In this document: positions 26,244 to 39,010 of the stretch, in pieces
Layout of the letters: each line of letters opens with the position of its first letter
Numbering within the stretch: the first letter of the stretch is position 1
Assembly: GCF_006345805.1 (NCBI RefSeq)
Contig: NC_043006.1
Span: forward strand, 4,712,001 to 4,776,000
Length of the DNA stretch: 64,000 bases
Origin: Octopus sinensis
Lineage: Eukaryota
Direction of reading: 5' to 3'
Translations under genes and position numbers: made by a program
Notes under the pieces: generated by a model
What the model saw: the letters and a program-made list of their open reading frames with translations, nothing else
What the model was told of the DNA's origin: nothing
Databases searched by the model: none

Positions 26244-26636
26244 TCTTTTACTCTTTTACTTGTTTCAGTCATTTAACTGCGGCCATGCTGGAGCACCGCA
26301 TTTAGTCGAGCAAATCGACCCCGGGACTTATTCTTTGTAAGCCCAGTATTTATTCTATCGGTCTTTTTGCCGAACTGCTAAGTTACGGGGACGTAAACAC
26401 ACCAGCATCGGTTGTCAAGCAATGCTAGGGTGACAAACACAGACACACAAACATATATATATATACATATATACGACAGGCTTCTTTCAGTTTCCGTCTA
26501 CCAAATCCACTCACAAGGCTTTGGTCGGCCCGGGGCTATAGCAGAAGACACTTGCCCAAGATGCCACGCTGTGGGACTGAACCCGGAACCATGTGGTTGG
26601 TTAGCAAGCTACCTACCACACAGCCACTCCTGCGCC
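26241..26636 (-). mobile_element. SINE family A, full length
   Basis: Reverse-complement homologue of 3659-4045. Confidence 0.92.
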
Positions 26637-26672
26637 TATGAATATATATATATTCAATATGTAATATATATG

Positions 26673-26726
<54 letters not shown>

Positions 26727-26867
26727 AAACACACACACACACACACACATAATATAACACTGTATAAAACGATTTTTGTCCTTGTTTAGCAACGGTTATT
26801 TCCAATTTATTTACCCCTAGAAACTATGAAAAATGGCTAATGTTTTCTGCAAACTTTGCTTTCATTA

Positions 26868-27029
26868 CATTTATTCAAACCCCAAACAATCGCCTTCAAC
26901 ACATGGCTATGACATTCCCCCAGTACGCCTGTTCATGGTCAGCGATGCACATATTATCAGCCACTGAAGGACACGCGCAAGTGGGTAAGGTGAAGTAGCT
27001 AACAAGCAAGTCTGTGGTATTGAGTCGAA
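26868..27029 (+). repeat. Unclassified interspersed repeat (also at about 45-200 and, inverted, 28060-28175)
   Basis: Shared tattcaaaccccaaa..ctcaacacatggctatga..ctgtggtattgag segments. Confidence 0.6.
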
Positions 27030-27031
27030 TA

Positions 27032-27740
27032 GGTCAGTTTTAAAACATTGATGTCCAAGTCACAAAAGTAAAATTTTCAGGGATTAGTAGTCATTTCCTT
27101 TCGGATTTTATCGGTTTGGCTGCCAGCATCAATTCTGATCGAATTGATTTTATATTCAGTGTAATGAATATGCTAATTAATGACGCGAAAGTAATTTTCG
27201 CTCTACATCAATAAATAAGGAGTTATTAACAATTAAAGTTTGAAGCCACAGACACATTCATGTCTGTTTCGATAGTAAGAAGCAGAACATGAGAACTCTT
27301 TTGTCTCCCAGCGTGCCTGTTGCCATAGTAACAGGCGAATCCGAGCAGTCTTTGGAAAGTCTTATATCTGTGAGGAAGCACGTGTTGACAAATTTGACGC
27401 TGTATTCTGTTCTGTGGGATTATGGCAGCAAGCACCAGTAACTTCGCTTCTATTATGGAAACATTGAAAACAGAGAAGGATATTTCTTGAATTAAAACCG
27501 AAAGTTAAATGTTTGTTTTTTTAATGCTTAAATGTTTGTTTTTAAAGGATATTTTGTTCACTTTTATTCTTATATATAATATAAAATCATATATATTTTT
27601 TCGAACATTGTCATTTTATAAGATTTTACTGGCAAATTTTAAAATTTATTATTTGATTCTATCTAGAAACCAAAGGAAATGATTACTGTTCCCTTCAAAC
27701 TTTGCTTTTGTACCTTGACATCAATGTTTTGAAACTGACC
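27032..27740. mobile_element. Non-autonomous DNA transposon with ~80-bp TIRs
   Basis: ggtcagttttaaaacattgatgtc..catttcctt is inverted at 27670-27740; the flanks read ATA|GG...CC|TAT. Confidence 0.8.
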
Positions 27741-27797
27741 TATTTTCCATTACATTTCAGACAGATTCAATGCTGAAGCAGAAATATCATTATAGTA

Positions 27798-28036
27798 AAT
27801 ATTCTCCTCAATACCTATTTCTTTACTACCTACAAGGGGCTAAACACAGAGGGGACAAACAAGGACAGATAAACGGATTAAGTCGATTACATCGACCCCA
27901 GTGCGCAACTGGTACTTATTTAATCGACCCCGAAAGGATGAAAGGCAAAGTCGACCTCGGCGGAATTTGAACTCAGAACGTAACGGCAAACGAAATACCG
28001 CTAAACATTTCGCCCGGCGTGCTAACGTTTCTGCCA
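27798..28036 (-). mobile_element. SINE family B
   Basis: Reverse complement of the 55841-56075 copy. Confidence 0.9.
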
Positions 28037-28242
28037 CAGATTTACAGTTGCTTGAATTTAACCACTTCTGCATGTCCCTTAGTGGCTGACAATATGTGCC
28101 TCTTTGATCATGAGCTGGGGTAGTGGAGGAGCATCATAACTATGTGCTGAGAGGGATTCTTTGGGGTTTGAATAAATGTAGCAAATGCGAAGTTTGGAAG
28201 AAATATTAACCATTTTTATACTTTCTGGTGGATTAGCAGATA

Positions 28243-28699
28243 GGAAATAACAGTTGTTAATCAAGGACAAAAATCGTGTTACACAGTGCAATCCGCTGTA
28301 TATGGCTTATCAAGGCCGTGTAGATGCAGGTCCAGAGGACGTGCCATTGTACTTCATTTAAGAATTATAAATTCTGAATGTTTTCTTGTTTACATTATTA
28401 TATAGGTTTGTTGACTCGGAGAATGGCGTTTTGAGTAGCTTCTGAACGAGTGCTTCAATATATCACGTGATCGTCACGAAGAACAACTATCGTACTCATT
28501 GACTCCACCGCCGGACACAAGGAAAGTTGCAGCTACTCCACCGTCATGACATAACGCAGGCAAAACACGAGAGAAAAAAAGGGACACAAAGCCCTGCGGA
28601 TATTTCTACAAGAACAGGACCATCTGGAGTCGATGATGACTCCTTGGTATGACAAAGCAATATTCACAATCCTTTCGCCGTTGCCGCCGCCACCACCAC

Positions 28700-28730
<31 letters not shown>

Positions 28731-28740
28731 CACCACCACA

Positions 28741-28799
<59 letters not shown>

Positions 28800-28867
28800 C
28801 ACCACCTACTACTACTACTACTACCACCACCACCACCACCTACTACTACTACCACCACCACCACCAC

Positions 28868-28901
<34 letters not shown>

Positions 28902-28935
28902 CACCACCTACTACTACTACCACCACCACCACCAC

Positions 28936-29019
<84 letters not shown>

Positions 29020-29023
29020 CACC

Positions 29024-29064
<41 letters not shown>

Positions 29065-29073
29065 CACCACCAC

Positions 29074-29113
<40 letters not shown>

Positions 29114-29123
29114 CACCACCACC

Positions 29124-29215
<92 letters not shown>

Positions 29216-30311
29216 CACCACAACCATATGTGGAAAGGTATTTTATATTTTTAATGCGTTATTTCTTTCGTTAGGCTCCATAGTTACAATACGGAACCCA
29301 TTGTCTCTTATTTTATTGTTTTGTTAAAACCAAAGCCGTGGCCATCCCCTCTTAGGTAGAACGTCTAAGACTATGCTATCTAATATGAATGCTTGCTTTT
29401 TTTTTTAAGAGTAGGATTTGAAAGAGATTTGGCTTTACTTTTTGCAGGTGAAGTGGCCAAAGCTTATTTACTCTGCCTTTATGCTACAATGCAATCAAAT
29501 TCTCAGGGAAAAAAATGAATAAACTTTCATGATTTAATACCTTTTTGTTGTTGTTGTTGTTCTTCTTCTTGTTCTTGTTCTTGTTCTTTTTCTTCTTCAT
29601 CTTTCCGTATATTTTATCGATCACTATATTTTCCCTCCTACCAAAATTTTACTCCTTTCCACAATGAATGTCTTATACTTGTGTTCAGAAAAAAATTTTC
29701 CAGATTGTTCAAATATATCAACGATTCTTTCAGCTTTATCCGAAGAGCCATGTACTGGTTCTTCCAAATTCCATACTTCACGAATTTATTCCTCAACTCT
29801 TCTCCTGGCATATCCATGTACCCCTCCCTCGTTAAGGCTCGTTTACTGTTCACTCTCCTGTTTTTCCTCTCTTATCCTGTGTACTCTGCATGTACTTTTG
29901 GCTTTCATTATTATTCAATTAATTGCTGCTTTCTTTCCCTTCTTTTACAATTTTCCGACCAGATGTGGCATTCCTGAACACTGTGTATAAGAAGCTCATT
30001 GTTATTATTTTAAAAATAAACTTTTATTTTAAAATTTTAAAAATTATTCCTTATTCAAAATACGATGTTGATAGACCGATTTTACTTTTGTTCGAATTTT
30101 CAAACCCGACTAATTGATAACCATAAATTAAATCTCATTTTTTACCTCTTCCCCATGAATTAAAAGTCTCACACATTCAGAATTTATAATTATTAACTAA
30201 AGTACAAGGACACGTCCTCTGAACCTGCATCTACACGGCCTCGATAAGACATATACAGCTGATTGCACTGTGTAACACGATTTTTGTTCTTGATTAACAA
30301 CTGTTATTTCC
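28243..30311. mobile_element. ~2.07-kb DNA transposon derivative with ~140-bp TIRs
   Basis: 28243-28380 is an inverted repeat of 30174-30311 (both give MHCVTRFL.LINNCYFL in the ORF track); the flanks read ATA|GG...CC|TAT. Confidence 0.85.
28690..29226. repeat. Compound (CAC)n/(TAC)n trinucleotide array
   Basis: Alternating blocks with phase slips; explains the poly-T/H/Y/P/L ORFs. Confidence 0.97.
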
Positions 30312-30317
30312 TATTGA

Positions 30318-30623
30318 TTTATGCGCCCTTTTCAAGCCTAACCAGGCTCATGGGCCCGTTATCCCGGTTTCTATGGCGTATATATTCCCCCCAGCTGGAC
30401 AGGACGCCAGTCCATCCCAGCGTTACTCAAGAAACAGGAAGAGAGAGTGAGAGAAAGTTGGAGCGAAAGAGTACAACAGGGGCCACCACTCCCTGCCGGA
30501 GCTTCGTGGAGCTTTTAGGTGTTTTCGCTCAATAAACACGCAGAACGCCCGGTCTGGGAATCGAAACCGCAATCGTCCGACCGCGAGTCCGCTGCCCTAA
30601 CCACTGGGCCATTGCGCCTGCAC
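30318..30623 (-). mobile_element. tRNA-Arg-derived SINE family C, tail type 2 (V-domain-like)
   Basis: Shared family C head, then gatggactggcgtcctgtccag..gaaaccgggataa, which resembles the V-SINE domain from recollection. Confidence 0.85.
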
Positions 30624-32088
30624 TCACACTTATATAATTAATCAATATTGAAGTTAAGTACTAGTATATTTTAAGCGGCAACCGCGATAACTTTTATTAA
30701 TGGAGGCTATACTTACATCGAGAGTTAAACGTGGAACAGTGTTTAATAAAATGAAGGTGTGGACACACAAATATAAAACTAAAAAGCAAAATCATTTGAA
30801 ATGAGTTGGCGGACCAAATTTGCTATGAATTTATTAACAAATTGGAGATGAAGAATAGTCTAATTTATGACAGACAGGGTGACAACTCCAGACACATTTG
30901 ATTATTTTACCTCCTTAGTGGAAATTTGCTATGTCAGGTTAGTAGACTAATTTTATTTGTTGAAGTTTCAGGATTCATTTTACACAAAAATTATTAATTT
31001 GGTAAGAGAATTTCGAAGAAAATAAAACTTAAAAATAATGAATTCGCATACATTTAATTATCGCGTTACATATTCTTTTACACATATGTGTCTACTGTGT
31101 ATATTTCTGTACATCTACTTTCAGGAGGGAACATATTTTCGCCTCCTTGTATACTTTTATAAAGAAGCCTAGACTTGATTCACTTATGCATGCCTGGAGA
31201 TATTTTAGGTGTGCTTGTCCTTTCCAACCTCGCTTCTCCTATGAAATGGCTACAGGCTAAGAAATTTGTTGGATGAAATAACAACAGCCATTATGTGTGT
31301 GGTTTTGATCGTTTCTTAATATGATGTTTATCTATGGAAGAAATACAACTAATAGAAGGAACCGTGCAAGTAATTAGAAAACTTTCCTGGAGATTGCTGG
31401 AAGCGATGAAGTGCGAGAGAGATGTCTAGCTATTTCAGTCGACACATGACATATTGAAATGGCTGCTTAAGGGGTAAATATTTGTATATGTTTGAGGAAG
31501 TGAATTAGAAAGATAGCATATATTCCTCTGTGTGTGCGTGTGTGTTTGTGTGTCTGTGTGTGAGTGCGTGTGTGTGTGAGTGTCTGCACGCATGTGTGTT
31601 TGTTTGTGTGTGTATATGTGTGTGTGTGTATGTGTGCGTGCGTGCGAGCATGCACGCGTGGGTGCGATATGTATCATATATCATTATAGGTGGGTAAGCA
31701 ATAAATAATTGCTAGCAATTTGTAGCCTGGAACTAACTACCTAAATAAATAAAGTTTCAAATAAATATTTATTCACTAAAAATCACATGAGTCTAAGATC
31801 TATTGTTTTAAGTAGAAGAATGACCCGGTAGGGGTAAGAACGAGGGTTAATTGTTATTCATGATTTTTAATCTTCATCAATGATTGTGTGTGGTTCAGCT
31901 TCCAGTCATTTAAAGAAAGATTGAGTCAAAAGGATGTCAGTTCAAGCCTATTCGTAAAGGCAGCAAAAAAAAAAAAAAAAAAGTAACTGATTTTGGCCGA
32001 GTACTTTTAAAATTTCCGTTGCGGTTGGCCATTTTGTTTAAGTGTTCATCATTAACCGTGTTCAGGTGAGGATATAACGAAGAACAAT

Positions 32089-32318
32089 GCGGCGAGCTGG
32101 CAGAATGGTTAGCACGCCGGGCGAAATACGTAGCCGTATTTCGTCTGCCGTTACGTTCTGAGTTCAAATTCCGCCGAGGTCGACTTTGCCTTTCATCCTT
32201 TCGGCGTCGATAAATTAAGTACCAGTTACGCACTGGGGTCGATGCAATCGACTTAATTCGTTTGCCTGTCCTTGTTTGTCCCCCTCTATGTTTAACCCCT
32301 TGTGGGTAGTAAAGAAAC
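32089..32318 (+). mobile_element. SINE family B, full head
   Basis: ggcgagctggcagaatggttagc A box, gagttcaaattcc B box and the family core. Fragments follow at 32720-32830, 32985-33168 and 33570-33778 (-). Confidence 0.9.
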
Positions 32319-33778
32319 AGATATAAGGCAGAACCTAAATAAAGTCTGATGGAAGTTCGAATTTCGTTGTTGTCCTCACTATTGACAGTAAATGCAAAAT
32401 GTTTCACAGAAAATTAAAAAAACTGTTCACGCGATTCTTTAATGAGTCACTTTGGTCTGGAACTGAATTTTCTCATGCTGCATTCACTGCTGCTACGTGT
32501 ATACACACACGTTCGTTTAATTGAAGGCTTCGGCTAGACTTACAGCGAAGTCGAGGAACAGAATTAAACTAGTGTTTGGTGAAAGAACCAGGGATATTGT
32601 GTTTATCTTGGAGTTTTGTCATTCTGTAGACATTTATACCTTTTCATTGCAGGAATCTTATCTTGAAAATAAATATTCCTGGCTGATGTATTGCTTATAT
32701 GCTGTCAATGGTTGGATTTCTTCCTCCTTTCGGGGTCGATAAATTAAGTACCAGTTACGCACTGGGGTCGATGTAATCGACTATACCCCTCCCCTACAAT
32801 TTCAGGCCTTGTGCCTATAGTATAAAGGGTTAATAGTTGGATTAAAAGATCTCAAATGCCTTCTCTGTTAGTAATGTCTCCTCATATTTGGTTAAAGTTG
32901 GGACTGTATCTCTTTTGAAAGTTTCACAGGACCCTTTTAGTATTAAGCAAACCCTTTCTGTATCATAGACATCTGTTACCTATGGATCTGCCGTATGGTA
33001 AAATGTTTAGTGGCATTTAGTCTGTCTTTACGTTCTGAGAACAAATTGCCGCAAGGTCGACTTTAACCTTTCGGGGTCGATAAAATAATTACTTATTGAA
33101 TACGGGGGTCGATGTAAACGACTTATCCCCTCACCTGAAATTTCTGGCCTTATTCCAAAATTTGAAATCAGCATTTTGCTTTACAATTAAATAGTATTCA
33201 CTTCTGTTGTTTGTGTGTGAAAGATGTCATTTTGTATATTTTCATTTAAAAAAAAATTTCTTGTGGGTGAAATATTTGCTGCTATATTTTTGTTGATGAG
33301 TAATATTTCGGACAAATAAACTTTGTCCGAAAGCAAAATCACCAACATATTCTCTTTCGTCAATCTCTGTAGGAGAAGACTCCAAATTTTAGGCTGATCA
33401 TGGTTTACCCCTGTGCCAGGTAAGTTTAGGCTGTTATCTATATGACTATATTTTTTGTAAAAACTCTATTGCATCTACTGAAATCTTTCGTTTCGGAAAG
33501 CGAGTTGAAAATAACGTCTACTTTGTCTGCAGTAAACAATGATGATGATTATGATGATGATGATGATTCTTTCTGCTATAAGCACAAGGCATGGAATTTT
33601 GGGAAGGTGTTAGCCGCTTATATCGCCCCTCTAGCACTGGACTGATATTTATTTTATCAACCCCGAAATGATCAAAAGCGAAGTCGGCCTCGTCGGTTTT
33701 TGAACTCAGAACGTAAAAACAGAAAGATGCCACTAAACATTTTGTCCGGCGCGGTGACGATTCGCCAGCTCGTCGCCT

Positions 33779-33830
<52 letters not shown>

Positions 33831-33856
33831 GGTGGTGATGATGATGATGATGATGA

Positions 33857-34040
33857 TATGCTCGGTAGAGATCTTACAGAAAGTTTGTTTCTTAGGGACA
33901 GCAAGGATTATCAGAAGGGTTCTTAGCAATTGAAAGACTGCTGAAAATTTGTGGATACCTAAGGTTATTGGTAATAACCCGCTACCCGCATAAACCCATC
34001 CAGGGATAAGACCGAACCTGAGCCAGACGAAAATAGTAAT
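33857..34040 (+). mobile_element. 3' end of an R4/Dong-like LINE next to a (GAT)n tract
   Basis: VEILQKVCFLGTARIIRRVLSN*, matching the typical LQK..LLGTA.ILR.VL C-terminus, followed by a 3'UTR. Confidence 0.75.
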
Positions 34041-35145
34041 TTTAAATTTCGGCACAAAGCATCCACTTTTAGGGTTAATGCTTTTATGGAACAGAAAATA
34101 TATACATCTGAAATAATTTACACACACACACACACACGCGCGCGCACACACACACACATCCTCAGCGAACAGTTGACGACCAAGGTTCGCTCATAGGTTG
34201 ATAGAAGGTTGAATAATCGAACCCGAAATCCCAAGGTTATGAAGTGAAAGTATTTAGCTTAAGATGATACCTACAAAAATAAATAAATAATAAAATCAAA
34301 TCAAATCTGGATTTTTCTTTTTAATATTGCGTTTGCTTGTGGAATAAAATTTCTCCGCTGAGCTATTTTACGAACACCTTGATTGATGTATTTGAAATAA
34401 ATGATTAAAATATCGGACTCAAATCAGTAAAATAAATATTGGCTTGACCCAAAGACCTTTTCTTTTCAAAGGGGAGTGGCGACATGGAAAATCATAACGT
34501 TTCCAAAGACTTCAATCAAGAATCCCGATTCCTCGACGCGTTGCATCTGTTCCTCTGTGATGCTCGTCACAGCAATGAAAATATTGATGTCCCAGTTACC
34601 AATACATTGTAGGGCAATTTAATCGACACTTTATCGTTTTATCAACCCACTGTCCTCGATATTTCATTTACTCATTTGGTTTAACTGTTTTAGCAATTAT
34701 TCATTTGTTTTCACTGGTAAATATCGTATGAATCCCTGAGAGATTCAAGTTCAGAACATAGAAAATATATAAGGCATTACTCTGGTCGTCTACTGTACAG
34801 CTATTACCAACAATACTAAAGGACAAAACGTTAGCAACTAAATATTTGAAAAAATAATACCCCGGCCACAAATACTCAAGCAGACAGAAACAAAGGCGTT
34901 ATGAGATATTTCAGAGCCTTGAGCGTGTGTTACTGTAAAGCTCTGAAGATACTGGATTAGTGGTTTTGAGTATCTGGCAAAACCCAGTTATAACTGATAT
35001 GAAAGAGAATCTTTTGTATTTAATAAGGAATGTTAAGTTCATGCCTTATATAGTCGAGAAAGTATTGACAATTAGACAGTTTTTCCACCGTAAATTTTTA
35101 TTAAAAGATATTTTTGCTGACATAATTGAATATCCAACTATTTAC

Positions 35146-35352
35146 CCTTTACTCTTTTACTTATTTCAGTCATTTGACTGTGGCCATGCTGCAGCACCGC
35201 CTTTAGTCGAGCAAATCAACCCCAGGACTTATTCTTTGTTAAGCCTAGTACTTATTCTATCAATATCTTTTGCCGAACCGCTAAGTTACGGGGACGTAAA
35301 CACACCATAATCGGTTGTCAAGCGATGTTGGGGGGACAAGCACAAACACAAA
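35146..35352 (-). mobile_element. SINE family A, 3' half
   Basis: Homology to the family A tail. Confidence 0.85.
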
Positions 35353-35449
35353 CTATTTAACAAAGGAGAAAAATTGCTTGGTTCATGCGTTTTATTTTAA
35401 AGTAGAGCATTGTATGAAACAATGTTGTCCACGGAAACTCTGTGTGTGT

Positions 35450-35492
<43 letters not shown>

Positions 35493-37229
35493 CGTGTGTA
35501 TGTGTGGGCGTGCGCGCACGTACAGGAACTAGTGAGAAGATAGTTTCTTGACTAAACATAATAGTTCCCATTACCTTTGTAGGCATTTCTTGACCAGTGA
35601 GCTACCCACGGAATATACTCACTTTGAAATCTTGTAGGTCAATAACTGATCTAAAAAGGTATTCCTGACGGACTAATGGAGGAAAGAATGATTTGGTAAG
35701 GTGTTTAGTGAGATACGGTGAAAGTGAAGGGAAAGTGTAAGGGTAGAGATAAATGTGTCAAGTTGGGGTGGCCATGTAGATTGCTATTTTAGAGGAGGAG
35801 AGGCCGATGTAGTTGTGATAGAATGAACAAAGAGTGTGTATGTGAGTTCGTGATTCTAATCCGTTGCTCTCAAAAAAATAGTGTTAGTCACACAGTGTCG
35901 TTCGCTTATTTCTCTAAACTTGATGTCCTGCGCGCATTTAAGAAATTAATTTTGTTCAATTTTGAGAAGAATTAGAAGCAACATTAATACTTCTCGTAAA
36001 TCAACAGGCAAGAAACTGATCTCATTTTAACCATTACGAAAAGATAACGAGTGGGAAAGTGGGCACGAACATTAACTATTTCCAGCTGAAAAAGTATAGA
36101 ATGTTCTCGCAGTCTAACCAGGAAACAGTTATTGAGACATGTAGTAAGATGCAGGCCTTTATAATAATTCATCTGCGCACACTTTTATGCTCATCATATT
36201 GTTTCATTTCGTATCTCTTATCTCACTATACACAACATATAATTCCATTAGCCGACAACCAAAACTGTTTTCCACGCGCTCCATTCATTATCACAGAGAT
36301 ATTGTTTTTTTTTCTCAGTATTTTTTAACTTTTATACGTTGTTTATATTCAGATTCCTTTTATTTTTCCAGCCTTTTTATATATTTTCGTAGAATTTTGT
36401 TTTCTTTTTAGGAACTTCACTCTTGCATTTACCGAAATTCTTGTTCACTTTATAAAACCAAACAAATGCCTCTTTAATTATCATATACTATTTCTTGAAA
36501 ACGTTAAAACTTCCTTTTACGTCGACTATGAATAATTGGCGATAAAAATATCAAGAAACATAAAGAATATACTTTATTTGGTAATGATGGTGGTGGTAGC
36601 ATATTTGGTGGTGTCGGTAATGAAAGCACAGCGACAGTGACAACCCTGCAAGTGCTGTGGGCGGCGGTGGTTCGCGTGCGCCACATATGTAAATAATTTC
36701 GCTTTTTCCATTTGGATTACTTAGAGATGCGATGTTGATGATTTCGCCTTGTGGCCAATAGCAACGCGTGATATATATTTCTAGAGGATTATACCAACAT
36801 AAACATAAGGAATGAGTCGTTTTTTTTTTCTTATTTTTTCTTTTCATTTCTAATTTCCATTTATGTTATTTTTGACTCAACTGCCGAAGACAAAAATCTC
36901 CCTCTTTGTTCTTTGTGGTAGTGAAATAGTGAAAACAGACCTGCCCGTGATTTTTTACAAATGTTTTATATAAATGATGACCATGTATGTGTTTTAATGA
37001 TGGAGTTCTGCTTACTTTCATATTCCGAGTCAATATTTATTTATATTCTATGAAAGAATGCTGTCTGCTAAAGCTTTGTGCTGTTGGGTGAGTGTTGCAC
37101 AAAAGAGAAGATTTAAGAAAATTCATAAATTTTTTTTTTTATCTCAGTGCCTATTCATGTACCACAGTTATAACTAGTTACAGTACTAATTATTATTAAT
37201 AATATAAATTGTTACTTCGGGCAAAAACG

Positions 37230-37975
37230 TTTGCACGCCGGGCGAAATGCTTAGCGGTATTTCGTCTGCCGTTACGTTCTGAGTTCAAATTCCGCCGAGG
37301 TCGACTTTGCCTTTCATCCTCTCGGGGTCGATAAATTAAGTACCAGTTACGCAGTGAGGTCGATATAATCGACTTAATCCGTTTGTATGTCCTTGTTTGT
37401 CCTCTCTGTGTTTAGCTCCTTGTGGGTAGTAAAGAAATAGGTATTTCGTCTGCCGCTACGTTCTGAGTTCAAATTCCGCTGAGGTCAACTTTACCTTTCG
37501 GGGTCGATTAAATAAGTACCAGTTACGCACTGAGGTCGATATAATTGACTTAATCTGTTTGTCTGTCCTTGTTTGTCCCCTCTGTGTTTATCCCCTTGTG
37601 GATAATAAAGAAATAGAAATAGGTATTTCGTATGTCGCTACGTTCTGAGTTCAAATTCCGCCGTGGTCAACTTTGCCTTTCATCCTTTCGGGGTCGGTTA
37701 AATAAGTACCAGTTACGCATTGGGGTCGATATAATCGACTTAATCCGTTTGTCTGTCCTTGTTTGTCCTCTCTGTGTTTAGCCCCTTGTGGGAAGTAAAA
37801 AAATAGGTATTTCGTCTGTCTTTATGTTCTGAATTCAAATTCCGCCGCGGTCGACTTTGCCTTTCATCCTTTCGGGGTCGATAAATTAAGTACCATTTGC
37901 GTACTGGTGTCGATCTAGTCGACTGGCCCCCTTCCCCCCAAAATTTCGGGTCTTGTGCCTAGAGTAGAAAAGAAT
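37230..37975 (+). mobile_element. Tandem array of four SINE family B units
   Basis: Units of about 180-190 bp joined at aaatag|gtatttcgt; the last unit ends with the alternative tail tcttgtgcctagagtagaaaaga. Confidence 0.9.
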
Positions 37976-38077
37976 ATAACTTGTTGCTTCTATAAATATC
38001 AATATGAATAGTTATAACAATAACCAGTAACATTATTGATAATTAGTTAAAACAGTGACTGATAACTAGAAATCTTA

Positions 38078-38478
38078 TACTTGTTTTCAGTCACCAGACT
38101 GCGGCCATGCTGGGGCACCGCCTTGAAGAATGAATCGACCCCAGTACGTGTTATTTAAACCTTGTACTTATTTTATCGGTCTGATATGCCGAACCGCTAA
38201 GTTACAGGGACGTAAACACATCAACATCGGTTGTCAAGCGGTGGTGAGGATAAATACGGAAGCAAAGACGCACACACACACACATACACACACACATACA
38301 CACATAACACACACACCCTCATATGCGACGGGTTTCTTTCAGTTTCCATCTACCAAATCCACTCAGAAAGCTTTGGTTGGCCCGAGGCTGTAGTAGAAAC
38401 CACTTGGCTAAGGTGACACGGAGTGGGACTGAACCCAAAATCATGAGGTTAAGAAGCTAGCTTCTTATCACACAGCTA
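38078..38478 (-). mobile_element. SINE family A, diverged
   Basis: Homology to the other family A copies. Confidence 0.85.
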
Positions 38479-38739
38479 CGTATAAAAAATTATGTTGTTT
38501 TTGTTTCGGCCCAGATCAGTTCCAATTGAGTATCCTTACAACCCAAAGTATTCCGCCTAGGATTATCCTGTCCTGATTTAAAGCCGTATATATACTACTG
38601 CATCAGCCTATGTCTCCGTCAATTTTTAAGACAAGATGTGCATAGAGATGGATAAGATTTTAAGACGAGGTTTGAAATGAGGGAGATCTGGCTACTATTT
38701 CTTGCAGTTCAAGCTGTCACTAACAACGTATTTGTATTC

Positions 38740-39010
38740 ATTCATATGTATTTGTTTTCAGACTTAATCTTGCAAATCCTGTCGGCCTGCCGTTTGGCGT
38801 TACCCGTAAAATCTGTTTAGTGATTCTTTCATCAAACATTTTAACCGCATGACCGTTGTACCTGAAGTGTAACTTCCCTATGCAAGCAAGTAGTAACTGG
38901 CCCCGCGGCAAATAGTGACTCCCTGTTCTCCGAGTTGTCCATCGTACGATATTCCAGCCACCTTTCGGAGGACCCCCATTTCGCCTGCTTGTATTCCTGA
39001 TCTTACTCTT
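38740..39010 (-). mobile_element. RTE-like LINE fragment
   Basis: HFRYNGHAVKMFDERITKQIL resembles the RTE motif LRW.GHV.RM.D.R.PKQ. Confidence 0.5.

Noticed and set aside
28533-29274. Longest ORFs in the window (213 and 201 aa)
   Set aside because: They are translations of the (CAC)/(TAC) array, open in several frames on both strands and lying inside a transposon.
37230-37975. CRISPR-like or satellite array
   Set aside because: The units are whole SINE bodies without unique spacers, in a eukaryotic context.
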